Source of the DNA: Candidatus Peregrinibacteria bacterium
GTDB taxonomy: Bacteria > Patescibacteriota > Gracilibacteria > UBA1369
Direction of reading: 5' to 3'
DNA length: 64,000 bases
Assembly: GCA_963708185.1 (NCBI GenBank)
Contig: OY970195.1
Location: 256,001-320,000, forward strand
The notes below the pieces were generated by a model that saw nothing but the letters and a program-made list of their open reading frames with translations, ran no database searches and was not told where the DNA came from. A program made the position numbers and the translations under genes. How positions within the stretch are numbered: the first letter of the stretch is position 1; each line of letters begins with the position of its first letter. Positions 18,221-28,002 of this stretch are shown one piece after another.

Positions 18221-20480
18221 ATGGTCACGATCGATCAGCTTATCGAAAAAATTCAGGCGTATAAGCCGAAAGTTGACGTTGCGCGAGTGAGGGAAGCTTA
18301 TGACTACGCAAAGCTGCATTTTAAAGGAATGTATCGGGTTTCGGGTGACCCGATGGTGATTCACGCCCTGATGGTGACGGATAATCTTTTGGCGTTTAAA
18401 CCCGACGAAAACAGTATTCTGGCGGCGTTGATGCACGATCTGTGCAAGGTTGCCGACTACAACCCGAAGGAAGTGAAGGAGAAGTTCGGTGAGGACGTGG
18501 CTTCGCTTATTGCCGGCATGGAAAAACTCCAGAGCGTCCATCTGAAAGGAGGCAGAAGCGATCTTGAGGCTTTCCGGAGAATGCTTTTGTCCCTGGCGAG
18601 CGATTTGCGTCTGGTACTGATCCGCCTTTCCGATCTGCTCCATGACGTGGAATCGTTGGATTACGTTCCGTTGGTGCGCAGGAAAGAGGTCGCACGTGAA
18701 ATGCTCGACGTCTACGCCCCCATTGCTTCGCGTTTGGGAATTTATTCCATCAAGTGCCGTCTTGAAGACCTCGCTTTCAAATATCTCTATCCGTCCAAGT
18801 ATGAAGATTTGCAGTCCCAGCTCGAGGAATATATCCGCCGGCAGGAAAAGTTTCTTGACCGGGTCAAAAAAGAATTGAGTGATTTCCTGCAGAAACAGGG
18901 CGTTAATGGACGCGTTGAGGGCCGTTTGAAAAATCTCTACAGCATTTACCGCAAGATGCGGAAAAAAAGTAAAGCTTCCCTTAACGAGATTTACGATATT
19001 TTCGCTTTCAGGATTATTCTTCCCACCCAGTTTCATCGCAGCGGACTTGAGAATACGGAAAAGCTATATACCCTGCTCGGTCTTATTCATAGCCGCTGGA
19101 CCCCTCTTCCTGACCGTTTCAAGGATTATATCGCCGTTCCCAAACCGAACGGCTATCGCAGTCTTCACACGACGCTGATCGGCGACGGGAAGGGGAGTTT
19201 CGATCAGCCTTTCGAGGTACAGATCCGTTCGGAAGCCATGCATCAGCAGTCTGAGTTCGGATTTGCCGCGCACTGGCTGTACGAAGACACCCGTGGGTAC
19301 TCCCCGAAAATTGAAGAGAAAGGTTTTACCCACACTGAAATTCAGGAAATGAAGAACAAGAAATACCAGCAGTGGCTTGATGGACTCGTGAGCATCCAGC
19401 AGGAGCTTCTCCCAGGGAAAAGATATGGGAAAAAAAGTGAAACTGGACATGTTCCATGACCATATTTTCGTGTTTACTCCGGACGGTGAAGTCAAAGATC
19501 TCCCCAAGGGGTCGACACCGGTGGATTTCGCCTACGCGGTCCATACCGATATCGGGCACCGGTGTCAGGGCGCCAAAGTGAATGGTTCGATCGTGCCGCT
19601 CGATTACCAACTGAAAAACGGCGATCACGTTGAAATTTTGACGAGGAACAAAGCCGAACCCAAACCGCATTGGCTTTCTTTCGTGAAGTCTCCGAACACC
19701 AAGTCAAAGATCAAAAGCTACTTTAAAGGATTGGATAACGAAGACAGCTATAAGGAAGGGAAGGAGCTCGTGAATAAATACCTTTCCAGCATGGGGCGCC
19801 CGCAGCTCGATGAAAATTTGTCGATTTTCCGCAAGTACGGAAGACAGAAGCTTTCGCTTAAGGAAAGGCAGGCCCTGCTTGAAGACATCGGGAACGGGGC
19901 AGTCAACGTCGGCGCCGTGCTGAAGAAGGTTTTTGCTTCGCCCGAAAGCACTCCCCGCAAAAAACGTGTTTCCGAAACCAATTTCGTGAAGAAAAGCGCG
20001 TTTGTCTCCGAGCAGAAAAAGGATGAAGTACTTATCGCAGGGGCGGCGGACGTGCCGTATAAACTTTCTTCATGCTGTAAACCGAAACGCGGCGACAGTA
20101 TCGTCGGATACGTGACGCGCGGCAACGCCGTCCGCATTCACAAACAGGGCTGTAAGTTTCTGGCTCACGCCGATCGCAACCGTATGCTTGAGGCCAGCTG
20201 GGGATATCAGATTCACAAGCAGCGGCTGATCCCTGCCGTTATTGATTTGAAGGCGATCGATCGTGTAGGGCTTATCAGTGACGTTGCGTCCACTATTGCC
20301 GGTTTCAACGTCAATATCATCGATTTCGTGCTCAAGGAGCGTCGCGATAACCTTATTCACCGGCAGTTCGTCATCGAGATTTTCAACGATGAGCAGTGCC
20401 AGAACATCGTCAAACGCCTCCGGCAGGTCCGCAACGTGCTTGAAGTCGCGAGGGTCGCCGAGAAAAACGTTTCCGCTTAG
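18221..20480 (+). CDS. rel: RelA/SpoT long RSH with +1 frameshift at ~19418-19436 (probable sequencing indel)
   Basis: ORF 18221..19459 has the HD/synthetase half (GRLKNLYSI, KPNGYRSLHT, EVQIRS, AAHWLY). ORF 19425..20480 has TGS (FVFTPDG, PVDFAYAVHT), CCKP and ACT. Removing one A joins them into ~752 aa. Confidence 0.9.
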
Positions 20481-20501
20481 ACGCTGGGAAGCCGGAAGCC
20501 T

Positions 20502-21254
20502 CTAGATCAGTTCCATGAGGATTTTTTCACTGATGATTTCACGGTCCAGGAAGTGCTGGAGGAAGAACCGCGTGATGTGTTGAAGCTGCTCTTTTTGTTC
20601 GGGAGTGCAGGAGATTTTTTGGACCTGCGCGGCCAGCGGCTGTACAAGATGATGGATGAGTTTGATGATGTTGAACTGGATCTGTTTGGCCGGCGCGTGG
20701 GAAGACACACATTCTCTGCAGCGGAGATGTCCTTCTGGTTCGAGCCAGATGGTGTCGTCGCTGCGCCAGCGCCGGTGGCATGCGTCGCAGTTTTCAAGGT
20801 CGGGCAGGACGCCGATATTGAGCAGAAGGTTGAGTTTGAACCGTTCCACGGTCAGAAAATGCTGGCTGTTCATGCTCAGCTGGCCGAGACTTTGCTCCAG
20901 CAGATCGTAAAGTTCCGGTGAATGTTCGCTGCTGTGCGTGCTTTTATGGAAGATTTCCATGATCAGGCCCGCGATGAGCATCCGGTTGAAGTCGTTGCGG
21001 ATGTTTTTGAAGTTTTCGATGATCTGGCATTGGACGATGGTGTATCGGGCGGGACTTTTGTAAAGTTGGACACTGCAAATATTGAGACTTTCAAGATGTC
21101 CCGAAAATGAACTGGTTATTTTGCGCGCTCCTTTCGCGGTCGCCTGGATTTTTCCGAGGTCCGGGGAATAGAGCGTCACCGAAAAATCGTTTTCACCGAG
21201 CGGGTGTTTTTTGATGATGATGCCCCGGGTATGGATGTTTCTTTGTTCAGCCAT
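20502..21254 (-). CDS. recO: DNA repair protein RecO
   Basis: GIIIKK..LGEND...GKIQATAKGARKITSSFSGHLE; CxxC...CxxC zinc finger. Confidence 0.95.
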   Translation of the reverse strand: MAEQRNIHTRGIIIKKHPLGENDFSVTLYSPDLGKIQATAKGARKITSSFSGHLESLNICSVQLYKSPARYTIVQCQIIENFKNIRNDFNRMLIAGLIMEIFHKSTHSSEHSPELYDLLEQSLGQLSMNSQHFLTVERFKLNLLLNIGVLPDLENCDACHRRWRSDDTIWLEPEGHLRCRECVSSHAPAKQIQFNIIKLIHHLVQPLAAQVQKISCTPEQKEQLQHITRFFLQHFLDREIISEKILMELI

Positions 21255-21266
21255 GATGGACCTTGT

Positions 21267-22232
21267 TTAGGACGTCATGATTTTACCATGAAGGTACTGT
21301 TCCACGGCAGCGAAACTGCTGATCGTTCCAAGAATGATCGTTATGGCGAGCTCGGTGATGAAGACTTTGTTGAGCTCGAGGCTGTTGTAGTAACTCCACA
21401 TCGTCGTCGAGTCGATCTCGATCGTCTTGCCCAAAATGAAAAGAAAAAGAAAACTTGCCAGGACTGCGCAGCTTCCGTAGAGGATGCCCTCAATGATGAA
21501 CGGCATGCGGATGAAGGTCGGCGTCGCTCCGACGAGACGCATGATGGAAATTTCCTGGCGGCGGGTGTAAATGGTGAGCTGGATGGCGTTGAGGATAACG
21601 AGCGTTCCTCCGAGAACGAAAACCAGGACGAGCCAGAAAATGATCTGACGGACGAACTGGCTGATGTTGAGAAGATTCTGTGCGACATTGGAAAGAATGA
21701 TGCTGTCACTGCCGCTGCCTTCTGCGATAAAGTTTTGCATGAAGGTTTTGTACTGGCCCTCTTCAAGAAAATTCTGGACCGTCTTGTAGTCTTCGGGAGT
21801 CTGGGTGGTGATGCTCACGCTCGGAGGGAGGGGGTTGGTGAGGTTGTATTTTCTGAGGAACTCTGCGGTTTTGGGATGGGTTTTGGCCACGATATCCAAG
21901 GCCTGTTCCTTGGAAGTGTAGGTGACGGTTTTGACCCCGGGAATATTCTGCAAAGCCTGCACGAGATTCTGGGCGTCGTACCACTGGATGTCGTCACGCA
22001 GGTAGATGACGATGTCTACCCGCGCGCTCATGGCCTGGAGAGCCTGGTTGCCGATGAAATGGACGGCGAGGATGACGTTGAAAATAAAAAGGATGACGGC
22101 GATGACGCCGATGGTGGCTATCGAGAGGAATTTGTTTCTCCAGAAATTGGTGAGTCCCAGCATGAGGCTCCTGTAAAAAGCAACGAAAATGTTGCTATTG
22201 AAATCCTGGACTTTAAGTTTTGTTTGGGCCAT
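21267..22232 (-). CDS. ftsX: Cell division permease-like protein FtsX
   Basis: NFWRNKFLSIA, YTSKEQAL, NPLPPS, RRQEISIMRLVGATPTFIRMPFIIEG. Confidence 0.93.
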   Translation of the reverse strand: MAQTKLKVQDFNSNIFVAFYRSLMLGLTNFWRNKFLSIATIGVIAVILFIFNVILAVHFIGNQALQAMSARVDIVIYLRDDIQWYDAQNLVQALQNIPGVKTVTYTSKEQALDIVAKTHPKTAEFLRKYNLTNPLPPSVSITTQTPEDYKTVQNFLEEGQYKTFMQNFIAEGSGSDSIILSNVAQNLLNISQFVRQIIFWLVLVFVLGGTLVILNAIQLTIYTRRQEISIMRLVGATPTFIRMPFIIEGILYGSCAVLASFLFLFILGKTIEIDSTTMWSYYNSLELNKVFITELAITIILGTISSFAAVEQYLHGKIMTS

Positions 22233-22238
22233 CGGGTT

Positions 22239-22736
22239 TTAAGGAAGAACGTTGGTTTTAGGTTCGAGAGCTGCCGGCTGAGCCAACTCTTCTTTGTCGT
22301 TTTGGTCGTTTTGAAGTCCTTTGCGCAGGAGCGAAGATTTGTATATTTGGGGGTAGTACGGCTGGAGACGGACGACCTCCGCTCCGAGTTTGAGGTCGAT
22401 GAGGGTTTTTTCCAGTCTTTGCGTAAACACGAACTGGTCGTAGCCGAGAGCTATGACGTTGGGGCGGAATTTTCTGAGCACTTTGTGCTTGTCGCCTTTG
22501 TAGCCGAGGACGACTTTGTCGGCGATTTCGGATATTTTTACGTTCTTGAGGCGCTGGCGTTCGTTGTGGCTCGGGGCGCGTCCTTTGATTTTCTGGACGG
22601 TTTCGTCACGCGCGATAATGACGATGAGATAATCTCCGAGTTCTTTGGCCTGGCGGAGGTAGTTTTCATGTCCGGCGTGAAAAAGATCGAAGGTTCCAAA
22701 TGCCATCACGGTTTTGAGGTTTTCCTGTTTTTGCAT
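22239..22736 (-). CDS. ribL: Archaeal-type FAD synthetase (RibL)-like cytidylyltransferase-family protein
   Basis: VMAFGTFDLFHAGH...AKELGDYLIVIIARDETV..IKGR.P...ERQR...PNVIALGYDQ, matching archaeal RibL. Confidence 0.75.
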   Translation of the reverse strand: MQKQENLKTVMAFGTFDLFHAGHENYLRQAKELGDYLIVIIARDETVQKIKGRAPSHNERQRLKNVKISEIADKVVLGYKGDKHKVLRKFRPNVIALGYDQFVFTQRLEKTLIDLKLGAEVVRLQPYYPQIYKSSLLRKGLQNDQNDKEELAQPAALEPKTNVLP

Positions 22737-22739
22737 AAA

Positions 22740-23051
22740 TTAAACGGTTATTTTGTCAGGGACGAAGATGTTAATATAGATCAGTCCCGCGAAAATGAGA
22801 AGGGCAAATGTAATAAAGAGAATATTGATAATTTTATTCCCTCCGTCCTTGAATCCCGCCTTGATGCTTGATAGTCCGTAAATGAGGGCGATCATGGCAA
22901 AGGGGATGTCCATGATGTGGTTCACGATGAAGGTGTAGGGCAATCCGATGTTGCTTGTCATCAGGAACCCGGTCAGGATGTGGATAAGTCCCAGGACGAT
23001 AAAGAGGATCAGCGAAACTTTTTTGAGATTTTCTGCGGTTTTTGCGGCCAT
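22740..23051 (-). CDS. Small hypothetical membrane protein (3 TM)
   Basis: Three hydrophobic segments; tightly coupled to the ribL-ftsX-recO run; ATG 23051. Confidence 0.75.
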   Translation of the reverse strand: MAAKTAENLKKVSLILFIVLGLIHILTGFLMTSNIGLPYTFIVNHIMDIPFAMIALIYGLSSIKAGFKDGGNKIINILFITFALLIFAGLIYINIFVPDKITV

Positions 23052-23124
23052 GGTTGTTGGAAAGTGGCTTGTTGTATTATAGCGGTCTTTCATCTATACT
23101 GCTAGCGTTGTTTCTTCCAACGCC

Positions 23125-23415
23125 ATGATTACTCAAGAACAAGTAAAACATATCGCCAAGCTGGCACGTTTGGGATTGAAGGACGAGGACGTCGAGAAGT
23201 TTTCCAAACAACTCAGCAGCATTATGGAGTACGTTGAAAAGCTCAATGAGGTCGACGTCAAAGACGTTGAACCGACTTCCCAGGTTACGGGGCTTGAAAA
23301 CGTCATGCGCGAAGACACGGAAGAACGTTTTTCAAACCGCGAGGACCTTTTGAAGTGTACTGAACTGCCCGTTCAGAACGACCAGATAGAGGTCCAATCC
23401 GTTATTACGATGTAA
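23125..23415 (+). CDS. gatC: Asp/Glu-tRNA amidotransferase subunit C
   Basis: VKHIAKLARL...LSSIMEYVEKLNEVD...NVMRED. Confidence 0.96.
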   Translation: MITQEQVKHIAKLARLGLKDEDVEKFSKQLSSIMEYVEKLNEVDVKDVEPTSQVTGLENVMREDTEERFSNREDLLKCTELPVQNDQIEVQSVITM

Positions 23416-23418
23416 GTT

Positions 23419-24879
23419 ATGCTGCATACTTTAACGCTTGCCGAAGCGTCGGAAGGTCTCAAAAACAAGAAGTTTTCATCCAGAGAGCTGGCGAAAGATC
23501 TGCTGACGCGTATCAAAGACCTCAACGGTTCTTTGAACGTCTATGTGACGGTTGACGAAGAAAATGCGATGAAAATGGCCGAAGAGGCCGATCAGCGTCT
23601 GAAGGACGGCAAAAACGTTACACCTTTGACCGGTGTTCCGGTCGGCATCAAGGATATTTTCAATACTCAAGGAATCAAAACCACCTGTGCCTCGCCATTT
23701 TTGAAAAATTTCGTTCCTCCGTATGATGCCACCGTCGTTACCAAGCTGAAGGAAGCCGGCTACGTACTTACCGGCAAACAGAATATGGATGAGTTCGCCT
23801 GCGGAGGTTCCACCGAACACTCCTGTTTCGGGCCAACCAAGAATCCGTGGGATACCAGCCGCGTTGCCGGAGGTTCATCCGGCGGTTCGGCGGCCGCCGT
23901 CGCTGCAGACATGAGTTTTTACGCTCTTGGAACGGATACCGGCGGCTCGATCCGTGAACCTGCTTCGTTTTGCGGCGTCGTGGGTTTGAAGGTCACCTAT
24001 GGGCGTGTGTCGCGCAGCGGTGTCACTTCCATGGCCTCTTCATGGGATACGATCGGCCCTCTGGGGAAGACGGTACGCGACGTGGCCACTGTTTTGCAGT
24101 ACATCGCCGGGAAGGACGTCCGTGACGCTACCACTCCTCCGGTAGACGTCCCTGATTATTCAAAAGCGCTTGGACAGTCCGTGAAGGGGTTGAAAATCGG
24201 TGTTCCCAAAGAGTATTTCGGTGAAGGAATCGATCCGCAGGTTGAGAAAAGCGTCCGCGACGTCCTCAAGGAATACGAAAAGATGGGAGCCGAGATCGTT
24301 GACATCAGTCTTCCCTATACGTCCTATGCCATCGCCGTCTACTACGTGGCGATGCCCGCGGAGCTTTCTGCCAATCTGGCCCGTTTTGACGGTATCCGTT
24401 TCGGTTCGAAACCCAAAGCGGAAGCGAAAGACATCATCGATTACTACTATCAGGCCCGCAGCGAAGGGTTCGGTGATGAGATCAAACGGCGCATCATGAT
24501 CGGGACGTACGTGCTTTCGGCCGGTTATTATGACGCTTATTACGTACGCGCCCAAAAGGTTCGAACCCTTATCCGAAAAGATTTTGACGAAGCATTTAAA
24601 AATGTCGACGTGATCGTCGCTCCGGTTTCGCCATTCCCTGCTTTCAAGATCGGAGAGAAAAAGGATGATCCGCTTTCGATGTACCTGGCCGACGCTTTTA
24701 CCATTCCGGTGAACTGTGCCGGACTTCCGGCGGTCAGCCTTCCGTGCGGTTTTACCAATGAAAAACTTCCGGTGGGATTTCAGGTCATCGGTCCGCAATT
24801 CAGTGAAGACAGGATTTTGAAGGTGGCTTCCGCGTACGAGCAAGCGACGGAATGGCACAAGATGAAACCGGGTGTGTAA
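23419..24879 (+). CDS. gatA: Asp/Glu-tRNA amidotransferase subunit A
   Basis: Amidase signature GGSSGGSAAAVA, GTDTGGSIR, EIKRRIMIGTYVLSAGYYDAYY. Confidence 0.98.
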   Translation: MLHTLTLAEASEGLKNKKFSSRELAKDLLTRIKDLNGSLNVYVTVDEENAMKMAEEADQRLKDGKNVTPLTGVPVGIKDIFNTQGIKTTCASPFLKNFVPPYDATVVTKLKEAGYVLTGKQNMDEFACGGSTEHSCFGPTKNPWDTSRVAGGSSGGSAAAVAADMSFYALGTDTGGSIREPASFCGVVGLKVTYGRVSRSGVTSMASSWDTIGPLGKTVRDVATVLQYIAGKDVRDATTPPVDVPDYSKALGQSVKGLKIGVPKEYFGEGIDPQVEKSVRDVLKEYEKMGAEIVDISLPYTSYAIAVYYVAMPAELSANLARFDGIRFGSKPKAEAKDIIDYYYQARSEGFGDEIKRRIMIGTYVLSAGYYDAYYVRAQKVRTLIRKDFDEAFKNVDVIVAPVSPFPAFKIGEKKDDPLSMYLADAFTIPVNCAGLPAVSLPCGFTNEKLPVGFQVIGPQFSEDRILKVASAYEQATEWHKMKPGV

Positions 24880-24947
24880 CAATCGTCCCGGGTTTGTCGT
24901 TATAGTTTTCAGCAATCAGGAAATTCCTTATTTCTTAATTTCTCACT

Positions 24948-26786
24948 ATGAAAAAGCTTCTCGCTTATTTTTCAGGTGTGGCGATTCTGTTCACGACTTT
25001 CGTGAGCAGCAGTTTTGCCGCGCTTCCACCGGTGTATCTGAACTGTCATATCGTCCAGAGTTGCGCCGTTTACGTTGACGATGGGGCAGCTCCCGGAGGC
25101 GACGGTTCAAAATCCACCCCATTCCAAACCATTACCGATGCGGTCAGTTTCCTGACGAATCCGGCAAACGCCGACTTCACCACCGTTTATGTCGCAGGAG
25201 GAAACTACAGTTCAGAGTCATTGCCTTTGAGTCTCGACGGAAGTTCATATTCAAAAGGTTTTAACATCTACGGAAGTTATAATTCTTCTTTCAGCACCAG
25301 GGATTACGCTTCGACTCCGACCAATATCCAGGGGGGGAGCGTCAGCGGCGTTTTGAGTCTTAAATCAGTGGCCGGGAACGTGGACGGACTTAATATTTCA
25401 GGGACAAACGGTCCTGCGATTTCCGTTGATAACGAAGGAGCAACCACTTTGGCCGTGACTCTCAGCAACAACACCATCCACAACAACACCATGGACAGCA
25501 CCGTTGCCATGCCGATTCTCTTGAGCGGCTCCAATACCGCAACCGTGAGCAATAACGTTTTCTATAACAATGCCGTCACCAACGGGATCGTTTCCAACTT
25601 TAAAGGGAAGGTAAACGCTTATCTGAATCGTTATTACGGAAACAACGGAGGCAGTTTGAAGTGCAGTAACGGCGCGTTCGTCTATAACAACTATATTCTG
25701 GCCGATCAGGCGGATTATCTCGTTACGGCTGGTGGATCCTGTACCTTCGAAAACAACACGGTTGCCCGCAATGACATCAACGGAGGAACGAACCACGGGG
25801 TCGTCGTCATGCAAAATAACGCCAATACTGTTGCCAACAACGTCATCGCCTATAACGCAGGAGGCGATACCGTCGTCCATATCAGCGGGGACACGTCGCT
25901 TTTTGAGTATAACGCGTTGTTTTCCAACTCCAATGATCCGGCACTTGCCGATAACAATGTGAACTGCGATCCGCTCTTTTCTACGTCCGGGGGGACCGAT
26001 CCGGCAAACCACAAGCTCGGAGACGGTTCGACGTGTATCGATAAGGGCATGGACGTCGGCGGTATTTCCAAAGATTATTTTGGGAACAGCAGACCGCTTG
26101 ACGGTGACGGTGACGGCACGGCCCAGTACGATCCGGGTGCTTATGAAGCCCCGAAAGTCACTCCGCCTCCACCGGCTCCAAGCCCATCACCGAGTCCAAG
26201 TCCTTCACCAAGCCCGTCACCTTCGGCCTGCGCCGGCTTTAGTGACGTTCCGGCTTCCTACAGTGACTGTGATGCCATCACCTACGTGAAAAGCATCGGT
26301 GCCATGACCGGAAATCCGGATGGCACGTTTGCTCCAAACGGAGTACTTCAGCGTGACCAGGTTGCCAAAATCGTCCTGGAGACCTTCAATAAATACGTGG
26401 ACGGCACAAATTACTGCAATAGCTCCAATCCATTCCCGGATGTGACCTCCAGTGAATGGTCATTCCAGTATATCTGCCGCGGGAAAACCCTCGGTATCAT
26501 TACCGGATACCTTGGAGGCGCTGACGCCGGGTACTATCGTCCTGGACGTTCGGTGAATCGCGCCGAGTTCCTGGCTTTGCTGCTCCGCAATCTGAGTGAT
26601 ACGATGCCGGACATCAGCAGTTCGTCCTACATGGATGTTTCCGCGGGTCAGTGGTACAGCGGTTATGCAAAATATTCCTACGATAATTCGCTTTTCAGCG
26701 GGACGAATCTGTATCCGACCCAGGCGACGACAAGAGACGAAGTCGCTGTCGTCATCTACAAACTCCATAATCTGGGCAAAATCTAA
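24948..26786 (+). CDS. Secreted parallel beta-helix (choice-of-anchor Q-like) protein with three C-terminal SLH domains
   Basis: Signal peptide; YVD...GDGSKSTPFQTITDAV; Asn-rich NN repeats; DYFGNSRPLDGDGDG..YDPGAYE; SLH units FSDV...GNPDGTFAP...RDQ, FPDV...YRPGRSVNRAE, YMDV...TRDE. Confidence 0.85.
   Translation: MKKLLAYFSGVAILFTTFVSSSFAALPPVYLNCHIVQSCAVYVDDGAAPGGDGSKSTPFQTITDAVSFLTNPANADFTTVYVAGGNYSSESLPLSLDGSSYSKGFNIYGSYNSSFSTRDYASTPTNIQGGSVSGVLSLKSVAGNVDGLNISGTNGPAISVDNEGATTLAVTLSNNTIHNNTMDSTVAMPILLSGSNTATVSNNVFYNNAVTNGIVSNFKGKVNAYLNRYYGNNGGSLKCSNGAFVYNNYILADQADYLVTAGGSCTFENNTVARNDINGGTNHGVVVMQNNANTVANNVIAYNAGGDTVVHISGDTSLFEYNALFSNSNDPALADNNVNCDPLFSTSGGTDPANHKLGDGSTCIDKGMDVGGISKDYFGNSRPLDGDGDGTAQYDPGAYEAPKVTPPPPAPSPSPSPSPSPSPSPSACAGFSDVPASYSDCDAITYVKSIGAMTGNPDGTFAPNGVLQRDQVAKIVLETFNKYVDGTNYCNSSNPFPDVTSSEWSFQYICRGKTLGIITGYLGGADAGYYRPGRSVNRAEFLALLLRNLSDTMPDISSSSYMDVSAGQWYSGYAKYSYDNSLFSGTNLYPTQATTRDEVAVVIYKLHNLGKI
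26178..26225 (+). repeat. (Pro-Ser)8 linker
   Basis: CCA AGC CCA TCA CCG AGT ... CCT TCG; synonymous codons vary between units. Confidence 0.9.
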
Positions 26787-26812
26787 ACGATTTTCAATAG
26801 GTATGTTTACAG

Positions 26813-26847
26813 AAAACCCCCGGCTCAATGTTGAACCGGGGGTTTTT
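26813..26847. terminator. Bidirectional terminator between the SLH gene and holA
   Basis: AAAACCCCCGG...CCGGGGGTTTTT between convergent genes. Confidence 0.8.
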
Positions 26848-26865
26848 CAATCCGGGCAATTTCAT

Positions 26866-27848
26866 TCAGCGCACGCAGATTTCGGTGATGAGTTTTTCCA
26901 GAGCCAGCCGCAGTTCAGTATTGTCGCCGGAGGCCAGGCGGATTTTTCCGCTCTTCATGCCGGTATCAATGGCGAGGAGTTTGCCGTAGGTCGAGGTAAG
27001 AAGATCCGGCGTGAAATTTTTGCTTTGGCCCATCGCGGTCATGATGACAAAAGGATGTTCCTTGAGTTTCTGGTTGATGGCGTTTTTGTCCATGCGGCGT
27101 CCCAGGCAGTCCTTGACCTGGATGAGGATGCGGAAGTGGCGCACGATCATAAAGAGGCTTTTAACGATGTCTTCGCCGCTGCCGAGCAGTACGTCAAGCG
27201 TTTTCAATGCCGCTTTGGCGTTGCGTTGGCCCAGATAATCGGTCAGTTTGAAGATGGAGGTGGTAAGGTTGGGCTCGTCAGGTTTTCTACGGCTTCGGAG
27301 GGGATGGGTGTGCCGTTTGCGTAGAGGACGAGTTTGTCGATTTCCTGGGTCATCTGCCAGAGGTTGGGGCCGACGGTATCGGCGAGCTGTCTGGCTTCAC
27401 GCTGGCCGATGCTGCCATTGCGCTGTTGAACCTGTTCCTGGACCCACGTGCTCAGGTTCGGCCCCACGAGCGGTTCGAACTGCTGGATTGATGCGATCTT
27501 TTTAAGTTTTTTGAAAAGGGTCGTCCGGGCATCCGGTTTGTCCTGTTCCAAAAAGAGCACGAAACTGAAATCCGCGATGTCATCAAGTTTTTCGGCCACG
27601 GTTTTTTGGTCGGCCTCCTTGCCGTCGCGCAGGAAGTCGCGCACGAGGATGAATTTTTTCTCGCCGAGGAAGGGAACGGAGTCCACGGCTTCACGGAAAT
27701 CCGCGGCGGTCATGCTCTGGCCTTCCAGCGTGAGCACGTTGAAGTCGCCGTACTTTTTTTCAAACTCCTGGCGCCAGAAGCGGCTTTTGTTCCAGGCGGA
27801 CCAGGTGTCTTCGCCGTAAAAAAGATGGATGTTGGCTTTTGCTGGCAT
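26866..27848 (-). CDS. holA: DNA polymerase III delta subunit with 1-nt deletion at ~27271-27273 (probable sequencing indel)
   Basis: HLFYGED, SVPFLGEKK, DARTTLFKKL, EIDKL, then HPFV and IDTGMKSG in the next frame. Adding one C restores TSPNLTTSIFKLTDYLG, ~327 aa. Confidence 0.9.
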
Positions 27849-27940
27849 GGGATTTGTTGAAACATTCCGGTGGAGGTTCCGGACCTCCAGGAACTTTACT
27901 GTAGCAGGAACTCTCACCTCCTGCCATATGTTTATAGAAC

Positions 27941-27968
27941 AAAAACCCCTCGTTGCCGAGGGGTTTTT
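27941..27968 (-). terminator. Terminator ending the 28003-39538 locus
   Basis: AAAAACCCCTCG-TTGC-CGAGGGGTTTTT. Confidence 0.85.
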
Positions 27969-28002
27969 ACAGACACATTTGGGGGGAGAGGCGAATCAGG
28001 GT

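Noticed and set aside
27243-27275. Programmed frameshift in holA by analogy with dnaX
   Set aside because: No slippery heptamer or stimulator seen; the truncated delta would lack its C-terminal domain; matches the pattern of the other single-base indels.
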